DNA of 64,000 bases from Planctomycetota bacterium (GTDB lineage Bacteria > Planctomycetota > UBA1135 > UBA2386), in assembly GCA_947501605.1 (NCBI GenBank), contig CANMWZ010000020.1, forward strand, positions 1 through 64,000, in the 5' to 3' direction. This document shows positions 1 to 9,213 of the stretch, in pieces (within the stretch, counting starts at the first letter, position 1; every line of letters begins with the position of its first letter). The translations under genes were made by a program, and so were the position numbers. Below the pieces are notes generated by a model. It did not search any database. It was not told the origin of the DNA and saw only the letters and a program-made list of their open reading frames with translations.

Positions 1-2
1 TG

Positions 3-764
3 CCCGAGCCGTTGGCAACCACTCGCCCGCTGCGCGCGCCGCACCACACGAGTTCGAGCGCGAGCCTCCTGGGCGGCGGCGCCGAGGTGCGCCCCGGCGA
101 AGCAACGCTCGCTCACTGCGGCGTGCTGTTCCTCGATGAGTTGCCCGAGTTCCGGCGCGATGCCCTCGAAGCGCTGCGCCAGCCACTCGAAGATGGGATC
201 GTCACCGTTGGCCGCGCGCGCGGCACGGTGACCATGCCGGCCGCCTTCATGCTGGTCGCCGCCATGAACCCCTGCCCATGCGGGTTCTACGGCCACCCGA
301 GTCGGCCGTGCACCTGCACACCGTCGGCAATCCACCGCTACCGGTCGCGACTATCGGGCCCACTGCTCGACCGCTTGGACTTGCAGGTCGAAGTTCCGGC
401 CCTCGATCCGTCCGTTCTGCGCGGGCCACGAGAGCCACGTGACAGCACCGCCGAGTGGAGCCTACGCATCGAGCGAGCCCGAACGCGACAACTCGAACGC
501 AACGCACGCTGCGGTGGCAAGGCCATCGTCAACGCGCATCTGGCCGACAATCAGCTCGAACGAGCGTGCGGCAACGACGCCGAGGTCGAAGACGCCATCG
601 AACGCGTACTGCGATTGACTCGTGCCGGCGGCAGAGCTCGCGTGCGGCTGTTGCGGGTGGCTCGGACTCTCGCAGATCTCGACGATCGCCAAGACCTGCG
701 GCCAGAAGACGCATTGGAGGCTGCGGCGCTCCGCGGCTTCGCGCGAGCCCCCATGTCGGTTTGA
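3..764 (+). CDS. comM: YifB/ComM family Mg-chelatase-like AAA+ ATPase, 5'-truncated by the window edge
   Basis: Motifs RAPHHTSS..LLGGG, PGEATLAHCGVLFLDELPEF, LRQPLEDG, AAMNPCPCG, SGPLLDRLD and C-terminal LLRVARTLADL. Confidence 0.93.
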   Translation, partial: PEPLATTRPLRAPHHTSSSASLLGGGAEVRPGEATLAHCGVLFLDELPEFRRDALEALRQPLEDGIVTVGRARGTVTMPAAFMLVAAMNPCPCGFYGHPSRPCTCTPSAIHRYRSRLSGPLLDRLDLQVEVPALDPSVLRGPREPRDSTAEWSLRIERARTRQLERNARCGGKAIVNAHLADNQLERACGNDAEVEDAIERVLRLTRAGGRARVRLLRVARTLADLDDRQDLRPEDALEAAALRGFARAPMSV

Positions 765-768
765 CTGC

Positions 769-2355
769 CTACCGGCCGTCGCCGATCTGACTCGGCACCC
801 GCACGCGACCCTTCTTCGACTTTCTGGCGTCTGCTTCGAGTGGGGCTTTCTCCACCGCGCCCAGGTGTACTGCGGCAGCGCGCAACGCTGAGACTTCTGG
901 GTGCAACGGGGACATGGGTGTCTGCCCGTCGAGCGATGCGACTGCAGCAGGTGACAACTCCAGACGCCCAGCCGCAGCAACAAAGTCCGCTTCGAGTTCC
1001 ATCCAGGACGCAGCAGGTGCAGAACAGCGCAGCACCAAGAACCCGGTGCCCGACGACAGCACGAACATCCGCGCGACTTCCTCGGCCAAGCCGGTGCCAC
1101 CGCGAGAGTCGAGTTGCACTGCCGGCGCCCCGCGCACGGTGCAGAGCGATTGCGAGTGCACGGTCAACTGCGGATGCAGCAGCTGCGACCAGCGCTCCAC
1201 GGCGGCCGCCGCGGTGGCGAGCGGCGTGCCGCGGTCGAGATGATCGAGCAACGTCATGGTGATCGCCGCCGAATGCAGATCGCAGATCAGCGCCACCGTA
1301 CCGATGGGCTGTTGTTGCGGGCGCCAAGCTGGATTTGGCAGCCACAAGCCAAAGCGGCCGCCGGCTTCGGCGACGAACGGCTTCGGCAGCGCCTGTACGG
1401 AGCTCGTCGCGCGCGCTTCTTCGCGATTGCTGCGAACGGCTACCAGGGCCGGGCCCGCGATCTCGCGGCGCACGATGCCGATGCTGGCATCGCGCCAAGT
1501 GGCGTTGCTGCCCTCGGTGCCGATTTCCACCATCTCGTCGACCGCGGTCTCCACGCCATCGATGGCGATGCGACGCGTGCGCTCAGCCAAGAAGTCGATT
1601 GTGCGCAGATCGTCGAGCGCTGGATCGAACACCAGGACTTGACCGGTTCGAGTGCGACTCGCGGAGCCATCGGGCTTGGCGCGCGCCAGCAATGGAAAGG
1701 TCGCGCCACTTGGAAACTGCACACGGCGCTCGCTCGGGCCGTCAACGGTCAAGCTATGCACCAGAAGCTCGCCCTCTTGCACTCGCGCTTCGACGATGCG
1801 TTCGGCTCGCACCCGCAGAGTGCGCGCCATCGGATCGAGCGGCGAGACGATCGCAGTGTCCTCGAGGATGCGCTCCCGGAAGTAGCAACTGCGCGGCCGC
1901 AGCGTCGGATCGGCATCCGCGAACACGGTGATCTGAAAGGTCTGCTTGCCCTTCAAGAACTCCCACTCCTCGCAGACGCGAGTCCCGCGATCGCCACATG
2001 GCGTCACGGTGCTGTGCAAGGATCCAATCGCAGCGCCGGTCCCATCGTGCAGCGTGAACCACTCGTCACGAGTCGACATGGCAGGCTCCTTGGGAGCCGC
2101 CACAGCACCCTGGCCGCGCCGAATCGCAGCGACCTGCGCCAAGCGGAAGCCAACGACGGCACCTGGCGCGAGCTCGATCTCCACGAAGCTGCCCACCTCG
2201 GTGACGATGCGGCCTTCGAGCACTTCGCCGCCGTGCAATTCGATCTGATCGAGCCGCAGACCCTGCTGCTCGGGGACCGGCAGCTCGACATGCACGCCCG
2301 TAGGAGTCGGGTCCTGCGCCAACGTGGCGATGAACAACAGCGTGAGGATCGTCAT
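769..2355 (-). CDS. Secreted hypothetical protein (528 aa)
   Basis: Signal-like N-terminus MTILTLLFIATLAQD, small beta domain DQIELHGGEVLEGRIV, fills the gap co-oriented with the upstream run. Confidence 0.7.
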   Translation of the reverse strand: MTILTLLFIATLAQDPTPTGVHVELPVPEQQGLRLDQIELHGGEVLEGRIVTEVGSFVEIELAPGAVVGFRLAQVAAIRRGQGAVAAPKEPAMSTRDEWFTLHDGTGAAIGSLHSTVTPCGDRGTRVCEEWEFLKGKQTFQITVFADADPTLRPRSCYFRERILEDTAIVSPLDPMARTLRVRAERIVEARVQEGELLVHSLTVDGPSERRVQFPSGATFPLLARAKPDGSASRTRTGQVLVFDPALDDLRTIDFLAERTRRIAIDGVETAVDEMVEIGTEGSNATWRDASIGIVRREIAGPALVAVRSNREEARATSSVQALPKPFVAEAGGRFGLWLPNPAWRPQQQPIGTVALICDLHSAAITMTLLDHLDRGTPLATAAAAVERWSQLLHPQLTVHSQSLCTVRGAPAVQLDSRGGTGLAEEVARMFVLSSGTGFLVLRCSAPAASWMELEADFVAAAGRLELSPAAVASLDGQTPMSPLHPEVSALRAAAVHLGAVEKAPLEADARKSKKGRVRVPSQIGDGR

Positions 2356-2419
2356 CGGGGAGGGGATCTCGGGGGGAGACCGTGAGTCCCGTATCGATCC
2401 ACGTGGGCCCGCGACTTGA

Positions 2420-4132
2420 TCAGAAATCCGACAGCCGACGCACGGCGAGCCGCAACAGGAAGGCCCCGGCGAGCAGCGGTGGCAACAGCAACAACCACCA
2501 CGGCAGCGCGAGTAGTTCGCCCCAGAAGACGAACGCGAACCAGCGAAAGCCGCGATCCTCGAAGTGGATTGGCGCGCGGCCCAGCAGGGCGTCGTTGGTG
2601 GTCACCGAGAAGATCGGCTCGATCGTGTGCTGCGCTCCGTTCTTGGGCGCACCGTCTTCGGTCTCGAACTCTCCGCGCAGGATCTGCAACGCGTAGGTCC
2701 AATTCGCGTGCAGCGGGCTCCACCGCGGCAGCGTGAAGAAACGATCGGCCTGGTCGAGGCGCACAGACTCCAGATCCACATCGGAGATCTCCGAGCGTGC
2801 ATGGGCCTGCTCATAGAAGGCCAACACAGCTTGCCCCGCCAGTTGGTTGTGGCCGCGTGTTGGCGCCAGCAGACTGGTGACACTGACCAGCGAACCGATC
2901 ACCAACATCGCCGCGAAGGTACGTGGCCAGCGCTGCCACGGGCGCAGCTGCGGCAGCACGATCGCCAAGAACGCCACCACGCCGCCGGTCACGTAGCGCA
3001 CGCCCCAACATTGGCCTGACTGCCAGCCGTTGGTGCAACTGAACATCAAAACTGGGATCGCGAGCATCAACCACGCGAGTCCGCGCAACTGCGGCACTAC
3101 CGCGCGTGACACGGCGCCGCGGAGGGCGATCCACAGCAGCGGCGAGAACCAGAGGATGCCCTTGCCAGCAGCAAAGAGGATCTTCGGCAGACCTTGCCAC
3201 GGCGGCGTGTCGAACCACGACAACGGCGGTGGGTAACCGGTCGTAAGGGGTGCACCAAACCGAGCGACATTGACCGCGAATAGCAGCACGGCCATGGGCA
3301 CACCCCCCAGCGCGAATGCAAACAGCGACATCCACGTCCGGTGGCGCCACGCGGCGAGCCCGAGTGCCGCAGCCAAGGCCATGACCGGGAAGGCGTGCTG
3401 ATAGCGCGTCAACACGGCCGCCCCGGCGCAGGCGCCACCGAAGGCCATCGTCCACGACGCGACCTGGCGTTGCCCTTCGGCGGTAGCTCGCACGACGGCA
3501 AACAGCGCCCCCAGCAGGAAGGTGAGCCCCGGGCCGTCTGACAACGTCTCGCGCAACAACGGGAAGCACTGCGTCGTCAACGCAATCGACCCCGCGCACA
3601 ACAAGGACTGCCGTGCCGTGCACCCAAGAGCCCGGGCGAGACCCCACAACAGCACGATCGTCGAGGCGCCGAACAGCGCCGGCAAGAGGAGCGCGACCAG
3701 ACCTTGCGGCACGACGAACTGCCCTTCGTAGTACTGGTCACCTGCTCGTGCAGCGAATCGTGCCTCGATCTCGGGCACTGCCGCGGCAAGGCGCTCGCCG
3801 ATCGCCACGATCGGCGCCATCAGCCACAGGTGACCAACCGGGAACCAGACGTACTGGTGCGTCCCATCGATGCCGGTCTTCCCGAAGGCGACGCCACTGT
3901 GTGCGGCGATGTAGTCGGCGGCCGCTGTCTCAGCGAGCGAATCGCCACCGTCTTGCGCGCGCAAGAGACCGGAGTCGCCACGCCGGACGAGGGCACGCGC
4001 GCCTTGCATCGTGATGGCAGTATCGATCGACTCGAGGTTGCCATAGGCGACGCAAAGCAGCAGCAAGAAACTCCCGAGCCAGAGCCGCACGAGGCCGCTG
4101 GCCGACGACGGGCGCGGTGAGGTCGGATTCAC
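2420..4132 (-). CDS. Polytopic membrane protein, GT-C (ArnT/PMT-like) glycosyltransferase superfamily
   Basis: Many TM segments, acidic ESID loop after TM1, NVARFGAPLTTGY, GKGILWFSP, WGVRY; GTG start at 4132 overlaps the SLC13 stop (GTGA). Confidence 0.6.
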   Translation of the reverse strand: MNPTSPRPSSASGLVRLWLGSFLLLLCVAYGNLESIDTAITMQGARALVRRGDSGLLRAQDGGDSLAETAAADYIAAHSGVAFGKTGIDGTHQYVWFPVGHLWLMAPIVAIGERLAAAVPEIEARFAARAGDQYYEGQFVVPQGLVALLLPALFGASTIVLLWGLARALGCTARQSLLCAGSIALTTQCFPLLRETLSDGPGLTFLLGALFAVVRATAEGQRQVASWTMAFGGACAGAAVLTRYQHAFPVMALAAALGLAAWRHRTWMSLFAFALGGVPMAVLLFAVNVARFGAPLTTGYPPPLSWFDTPPWQGLPKILFAAGKGILWFSPLLWIALRGAVSRAVVPQLRGLAWLMLAIPVLMFSCTNGWQSGQCWGVRYVTGGVVAFLAIVLPQLRPWQRWPRTFAAMLVIGSLVSVTSLLAPTRGHNQLAGQAVLAFYEQAHARSEISDVDLESVRLDQADRFFTLPRWSPLHANWTYALQILRGEFETEDGAPKNGAQHTIEPIFSVTTNDALLGRAPIHFEDRGFRWFAFVFWGELLALPWWLLLLPPLLAGAFLLRLAVRRLSDF

Positions 4133-5700
4133 TTCGGTGGCAACCATGCGGGCCTCGCGGATGGATCGATACCGAGGATCGGGAACACCCAGAGCCAGAG
4201 CATCGCGATCAACAACACGATCGAAAGCACGTCGAGTACGAAACCTGCTCGAGCCATCTGCCCCATTCGTACGTGACCGCTGGCGAACACAATCGTGTTC
4301 GGCGGAGTCGCGATCGGAAGCATGAAGCCACAGCTCGCGGCCAGTGCCGCAGGCAGCATGAGGATGCGCGGATCCAGGTCGGCAGCGATCGCGCCTTGCG
4401 CCAGGATCGGCAGAAACAGCGAGGCAATCGCGGTGTTGCTAGCAATCTCGGACAACAACAGGATCGCGATGCAGACAACGGTCACGAGCAACAGCGGCGG
4501 CGTCGAACCGATCAGAGGCTGCAACAGATCGCCGAAGGCCCGCGACACCCCGGTCGGCTCGAAGGCACGCGCGAGCGCAATGCCAGCGCCGAGGAGGAAC
4601 AGGATGTCGAACGGCAGCTTCTGCGCCGTTGCCCAGTTCATGAGGTAGCGCGGCTCGTGCCTTGCAGCGCCGGACGGGATCACGAACGCGGCGATGGCGA
4701 CCAGGATCGCAACGAGGCCGTCGGGCAAGAAGTCGTCCTTGCTGCCCGTCGGTCGCAGATAGTGAGCCCAGCCGTGCACCACCGTCTCGCTCGAGAGCCG
4801 CACGTCGCCACGCGTGATCCACAACAACACCGCGGCCGAGAACAGCCAGGCGACGCGCCGCTCCGGCGTGGTCATCGGCCCCTGCGCGCGCGCTTTTGCG
4901 ACGATCGCTTCGCCACCAGTCAGCGGTCCGCTCGGCAATGGCAGCACGAACCGCGTGAGGCACCAGGTGAAGATCGCCGTCAGCAGCAACGCAAAGGGCG
5001 CAAACGCGAGCATCCACTGCAGGAACGAGATCGGCGGGGCGCCGCGTTCAACCAACGGTTGGTAATTGAGGAAGAAGACGAGGTTGGGCGCGGTACCGAT
5101 GGGAGTGCCCATGCCGCCGATCGAAGCCCCGTAGGCGATCGCCAACATGATGCCGGCGCCGAAGTTCGCCGCATGCCGCTCGCTGAGTTGCTTGCCGACA
5201 TGCGCGCGATCGACGATCGCAGAACCGATCGGGAGCAGCATCAAGGCGACCGAGGTGTTGTTGATCCAAAAGGAGATGGACGTCGCCACCAAGAAGAACC
5301 CTGCGACCAAGCGACGCGGGTGCGGACCGACCAAGCGGACGACATGCAACGCGAGTCGCCGATGCAAACCCCAGCGCTCGATCGCCTGGGCCAGCACGAA
5401 ACCGCCGCCGAACAACCACAAGATCGGGTCGCTGTAGCCGCGGACGAGTTCGGGCATCGACACCGCACCGAACATCGGCAGCAGCACCGCTGGCAACAGC
5501 GAGGCGGCACCAAGCGGCATCGCCGCCGTCATCCAACACGCGATCGTTGCAGCGGTCACGCCGAGGACGACCGCACCAGCGGTGCGATTCGCATCTGCCG
5601 CGAACGGGAGCAGATCCGCCGCCCACCACGAGAGTACGCCGACCGCGACCGCGACCAGGAGCCGCATCGGCCGGACGTCGGGTTCGGCGTCCGGCACCAC
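4129..5700 (-). CDS. SLC13/DASS family sodium:dicarboxylate or sulfate symporter
   Basis: LFGGGFVLAQAIERWGLHRRLAL, WINNTSVALMLLPI, ASIGGMGTPIGTAPN, SEIASNTA, SCGFMLPIATPPN; alternative start ATG 5667. Confidence 0.92.
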   Translation of the reverse strand: MVPDAEPDVRPMRLLVAVAVGVLSWWAADLLPFAADANRTAGAVVLGVTAATIACWMTAAMPLGAASLLPAVLLPMFGAVSMPELVRGYSDPILWLFGGGFVLAQAIERWGLHRRLALHVVRLVGPHPRRLVAGFFLVATSISFWINNTSVALMLLPIGSAIVDRAHVGKQLSERHAANFGAGIMLAIAYGASIGGMGTPIGTAPNLVFFLNYQPLVERGAPPISFLQWMLAFAPFALLLTAIFTWCLTRFVLPLPSGPLTGGEAIVAKARAQGPMTTPERRVAWLFSAAVLLWITRGDVRLSSETVVHGWAHYLRPTGSKDDFLPDGLVAILVAIAAFVIPSGAARHEPRYLMNWATAQKLPFDILFLLGAGIALARAFEPTGVSRAFGDLLQPLIGSTPPLLLVTVVCIAILLLSEIASNTAIASLFLPILAQGAIAADLDPRILMLPAALAASCGFMLPIATPPNTIVFASGHVRMGQMARAGFVLDVLSIVLLIAMLWLWVFPILGIDPSARPAWLPPK

Positions 5701-6084
5701 CTAGGCTCCTCCAGCGGGCGGTACGGAACGAGCCGAAACACAGGCGGCGACCCATTCAATGTAGGCGAGGTGCCCGCCGTCGGTCGGCAGCACCAGAACC
5801 TCCGGTACGTCGTAGGGGTGCAGCGCGACGAGCCGCTGGCGCAAGGCCGCAACGGCGCCGAGCGTTGTCTTGATCACCAGCAAGCACTCCTCGGTGCGAT
5901 CGATGGCACCTTGCCACCAGAAATGCGAAACCACGCCGGGCACGACGTTGACACAGGCGCAGAGTCGTTCCTGCAGCAGTAGCTGCGCCAGTTCGTGCGC
6001 GCCCGGCTTTCCCGGCGGTGCCGCTGCCGGCGCCGTACTCAAGATGACGGCGACGGCATCGTCGCGGGCAAGCTCACCGGTCAT
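5701..6084 (-). CDS. cutA: Divalent-cation tolerance protein CutA
   Basis: ERLCACVN, SHFWWQG, E.LLVIKT, LHPYDVPEVL, YIEWV. Confidence 0.92.
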   Translation of the reverse strand: MTGELARDDAVAVILSTAPAAAPPGKPGAHELAQLLLQERLCACVNVVPGVVSHFWWQGAIDRTEECLLVIKTTLGAVAALRQRLVALHPYDVPEVLVLPTDGGHLAYIEWVAACVSARSVPPAGGA

Positions 6085-6830
6085 TTGCCGCGCGCCAGCC
6101 GTTCGGCCAGCGCCGGATGCAGCCCAGCAGCGAGGATCTTGGCCTGCGTCCGGCGGAAGTCGTAGGCGACGCGGTGGATTTCGACGCGGCCGCGGTCGAC
6201 GACCGCGAACGACGCCCGCGGATCGCCATCGCGTGGCTGACCGACGCTGCCGACGTTGACGACACAGGGCTCGCCGTTCAGATCGAACTCGCGACAGTCG
6301 TCGTTCGCTTGCGTGAACTTGAAGTCGCCCCGATGGATCCCCGGCCAGTGCGTGTGGCCCACGAACGTCGGCCGGTCGATCGCCGCGAAGATCGCATTCA
6401 TCTTCTCGGGCTCGAGGAACCCATCACTGCGGAGCACATACTCCATGACCGGATCGCGCGGCGAACCGTGGAAGAACAGGAAGCCGTGGTCTGCCATCCG
6501 CTCCGGTAGCTTGCGCAAGAACTCCCATGCGGCACGCCGGCCCGGGACCAGCCAGTGCGGCTTGAGTCGCCGCCGCGATAGATGCAGTGCGTCGCGGGCC
6601 AGTGGGTTGAAGTCGTCGAGGCTATGGAACAAGCCCCAGTCGTGGTTGCCGAGAATCGTCCACTTGCAGTGGTGCATCACGAGCCGCGTCGTCGGGCCCG
6701 GGTCAGCGCCGTAGCCGACGACGTCACCTAGACACAGGATCTCGGACACCCCGAGCATCTCGGTCCGAGCCAGCACCGCCTCGAGCGCTTCGAGGTTGCT
6801 GTGTAGGTCCGAGATGATCGCGAATGCCAA
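6081..6830 (-). CDS. Calcineurin-like metallophosphoesterase (YfcE/MJ0912-like)
   Basis: ISDLHSN, LGDVVGYG, GNHD, HGSP, GHTH, NVGSVGQPRDGDPRA; start inferred at TTG 6830. Confidence 0.9.
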   Translation of the reverse strand: MAFAIISDLHSNLEALEAVLARTEMLGVSEILCLGDVVGYGADPGPTTRLVMHHCKWTILGNHDWGLFHSLDDFNPLARDALHLSRRRLKPHWLVPGRRAAWEFLRKLPERMADHGFLFFHGSPRDPVMEYVLRSDGFLEPEKMNAIFAAIDRPTFVGHTHWPGIHRGDFKFTQANDDCREFDLNGEPCVVNVGSVGQPRDGDPRASFAVVDRGRVEIHRVAYDFRRTQAKILAAGLHPALAERLARGK

Positions 6831-6840
6831 ACCGCAGCTC

Positions 6841-7818
6841 CTAGTGCAGTTCCAACAGGGCCTGGCGCACGCGTTCTTCCAGAGCCGGCACTGCCGCCCC
6901 GAGCCCGCCGGGGATCGCCGCGCCAGCAGCCTTCTTGTGGCCGCCGCCGCCGAAGGCTGACGCGATTCGCTGCACATCGACATCGCCCTTCGCGCGCAGC
7001 GACACCTTGACCACGCCGTCGAAGCGTTCCTTCATGATCGCAACGACTTCGACGCCGTTCAGCGACCGCAGAGGATCGATCAAGAAGTCCGTGTCAAAGT
7101 CGATCGCCGAGGCCCGCTCTACCTGCGACCGGTCGAGGGCGACGAGTGCCAATCGGCCACCGAGCCGCAGTTCGTGGCGCGACAGGCACGCCGCGATCAT
7201 CGTCGCGGTTTCGGGATGAAGCCTGCGGTAGAGCAGGTCGTAGAGGCGACTCGAGTCGACCCCGACACTCAGCATTTCGGCCGCCATCGACAACACTTCG
7301 ACGTCGGTGTTCGAGTAGCGGAACCACCCCGTGTCCATCACCAGCGACAGGAACACACCCTCGGCCGCGGCCTTGCCGAGTGGCACGTCGAACGCGCGGT
7401 AGAGCCGGCGCACCAACGCGCCAGTCGCGGCGGCCTTCGGATCGACGAAACACACCGTGCCGTCGCCGTGGTCACTGCCGACGTGATGATCGATCACGGC
7501 GACGGTAGCGGACGAGGACCGCAACCGCGGGCCAAGCGCACCAGTGCGCGACAACTGGCAGCAGTCGAGCAACACCGCGACCTCGAAGGGCGGCAGCGAA
7601 CTCTCCGCCGAAGAGTGCGAGAACGGCGTGTGCTGCAGGAGGAACTCGAAGGGGTGTCCGATGGGGTCGGGGTTGACGATCGAAACCTTCTTGCCGAGCG
7701 CCTTTAGCAGATGGAACAACGCCACCTCCGCGCCCAGACAGTCGCCATCAGGATTCTCGTGCCCCGTCAGCAAGAAGCTGCGGCGCGACGTGATGAGTTC
7801 TTTCAGTGAAGAGTGCAA
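6841..7818 (-). CDS. nrnA: DHH/DHHA1 phosphoesterase, NrnA-like nanoRNase/pAp phosphatase
   Basis: GHENPDGDCLGA, IDHH, DTGWF, KVSLRA, GGGGHKKAAG; start approximate (TTG 7818). Confidence 0.87.
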   Translation of the reverse strand: MHSSLKELITSRRSFLLTGHENPDGDCLGAEVALFHLLKALGKKVSIVNPDPIGHPFEFLLQHTPFSHSSAESSLPPFEVAVLLDCCQLSRTGALGPRLRSSSATVAVIDHHVGSDHGDGTVCFVDPKAAATGALVRRLYRAFDVPLGKAAAEGVFLSLVMDTGWFRYSNTDVEVLSMAAEMLSVGVDSSRLYDLLYRRLHPETATMIAACLSRHELRLGGRLALVALDRSQVERASAIDFDTDFLIDPLRSLNGVEVVAIMKERFDGVVKVSLRAKGDVDVQRIASAFGGGGHKKAAGAAIPGGLGAAVPALEERVRQALLELH

Positions 7819-7877
7819 TCGAAGAGGTTTTCGTCCCCTACCGCCCAGCCCGATCGCCGGAGGTGGAGGGCCGAACT

Positions 7878-9074
7878 TTAGTGCCGTGCGGCGGAAGTCA
7901 CCACGCGTTTCATCGCTCGACCGCCTACGAAAGTCGCCGTCGGCGCCAGGTCGCCGTGGATGAACGCAGCGAAAATCGACTCTGGCGCGTCCGTGCCGGC
8001 AGCAACACAAACGAAGTCGGCGCGACCGCCGCGACCCAGGCGCCCAAGCCCCGACCGTGACAGTGCGCGAGCGCCATGGACGGTGGCCATGGCGAACAGG
8101 GTGGACGGCGCCAGATCAGGCCAGAGGCGCGCGCCAGCCCGCAGCTCCTCATGCATCGACATCGAGCGGTTGCTGGCCCACGAGTCGGTTCCCAGTGCCA
8201 CGGGGATGCCGCGGCCGAGCCAATCCTGGACCGGCGGCGGCGACCGGCCGAACCAGCGGATCGTCCCAGGGCAAACGACGATCGGCGAACCACTCGCGGC
8301 GATGCGGGCGGCGTCCCCGCGTTCGAGAACTTGGCAATGCACCAGCAAGGTGCGCGGCGACAGGACTCCAAGCTGCTCAAGATAACGGACCGCACCGACG
8401 CCTGGCGCACGCCACTCGACTGGCAGTCGGCCAAGGCGAACGAGCAGATCGCGCAACGGTCCCCGACCTGTCTGCAAGAGCTGCTGCTCCTCAGGCAACT
8501 CGGCAGCGTGAACCGAGAGCGCTCGACGGTGAAGCGCGGCGACACGAAACAAGTCCGCCGAGGCGGAGTACGGTGCATGCGGCGAGAGGCCAGGTGGACA
8601 AGCCGGGGCCCCTGTTTGCGAGCGCATTCGCACCAGAGACCTCGCTCCGCCTTCGTCGAGATGGAAGCCGGTCAGCTCCTGGTAGCAACGCCCCGCGACA
8701 TTCAGGCGGTGCATCACCGCGGGACTGGAACCCGTGCTGTCGACCTCGCCAACAGCCGTGCACCCGCTCTGCAGCAACTCGAGCAACGACGCTTCGGTTC
8801 GCTGACGGATAGCCCTAGGCGACATCGTGGCTCTGGCCTTCATCACCTCGCCGATCCAGCCCACAAAGCTGCCGGTCGAAGGCTCACACACGGGGGGCAA
8901 CTGCAGGTGCGCATGGGCGTTGACCAAGCCCGGCAGCACAGCCACATCGTGGACGCGAGAACCGCGGCGCGCTCGCCGCAAGGATGTGATGCGGCCGCGT
9001 TGGTCCCAGGAGACTTCGCCGGGGGACAACCAGGCGTCCTCGACAAAGATGTGGCGCGCGGCAAACGACGTCAT
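7878..9074 (-). CDS. Metal-dependent amidohydrolase/deaminase (SsnA/MTA-SAH/aminofutalosine deaminase-like)
   Basis: PGLVNAHAHL, SPHAPYS, HAAE, LVHC, LGTDSWASN, TVHGARAL, RADF. Confidence 0.87.
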   Translation of the reverse strand: MTSFAARHIFVEDAWLSPGEVSWDQRGRITSLRRARRGSRVHDVAVLPGLVNAHAHLQLPPVCEPSTGSFVGWIGEVMKARATMSPRAIRQRTEASLLELLQSGCTAVGEVDSTGSSPAVMHRLNVAGRCYQELTGFHLDEGGARSLVRMRSQTGAPACPPGLSPHAPYSASADLFRVAALHRRALSVHAAELPEEQQLLQTGRGPLRDLLVRLGRLPVEWRAPGVGAVRYLEQLGVLSPRTLLVHCQVLERGDAARIAASGSPIVVCPGTIRWFGRSPPPVQDWLGRGIPVALGTDSWASNRSMSMHEELRAGARLWPDLAPSTLFAMATVHGARALSRSGLGRLGRGGRADFVCVAAGTDAPESIFAAFIHGDLAPTATFVGGRAMKRVVTSAARH

Positions 9075-9213
9075 GGCCAACGCAAGGGCGCAGCACCTAG
9101 GCGCGACGGCCGCGCCTAGCACTCATTGCCCAACGGCGATCCCCCAATGGCTATCCGACAGTAGCGACCAACCGGCGGCGATCGAACCGTTGGAATCCAA
9201 GCGCAGCCGTCGA

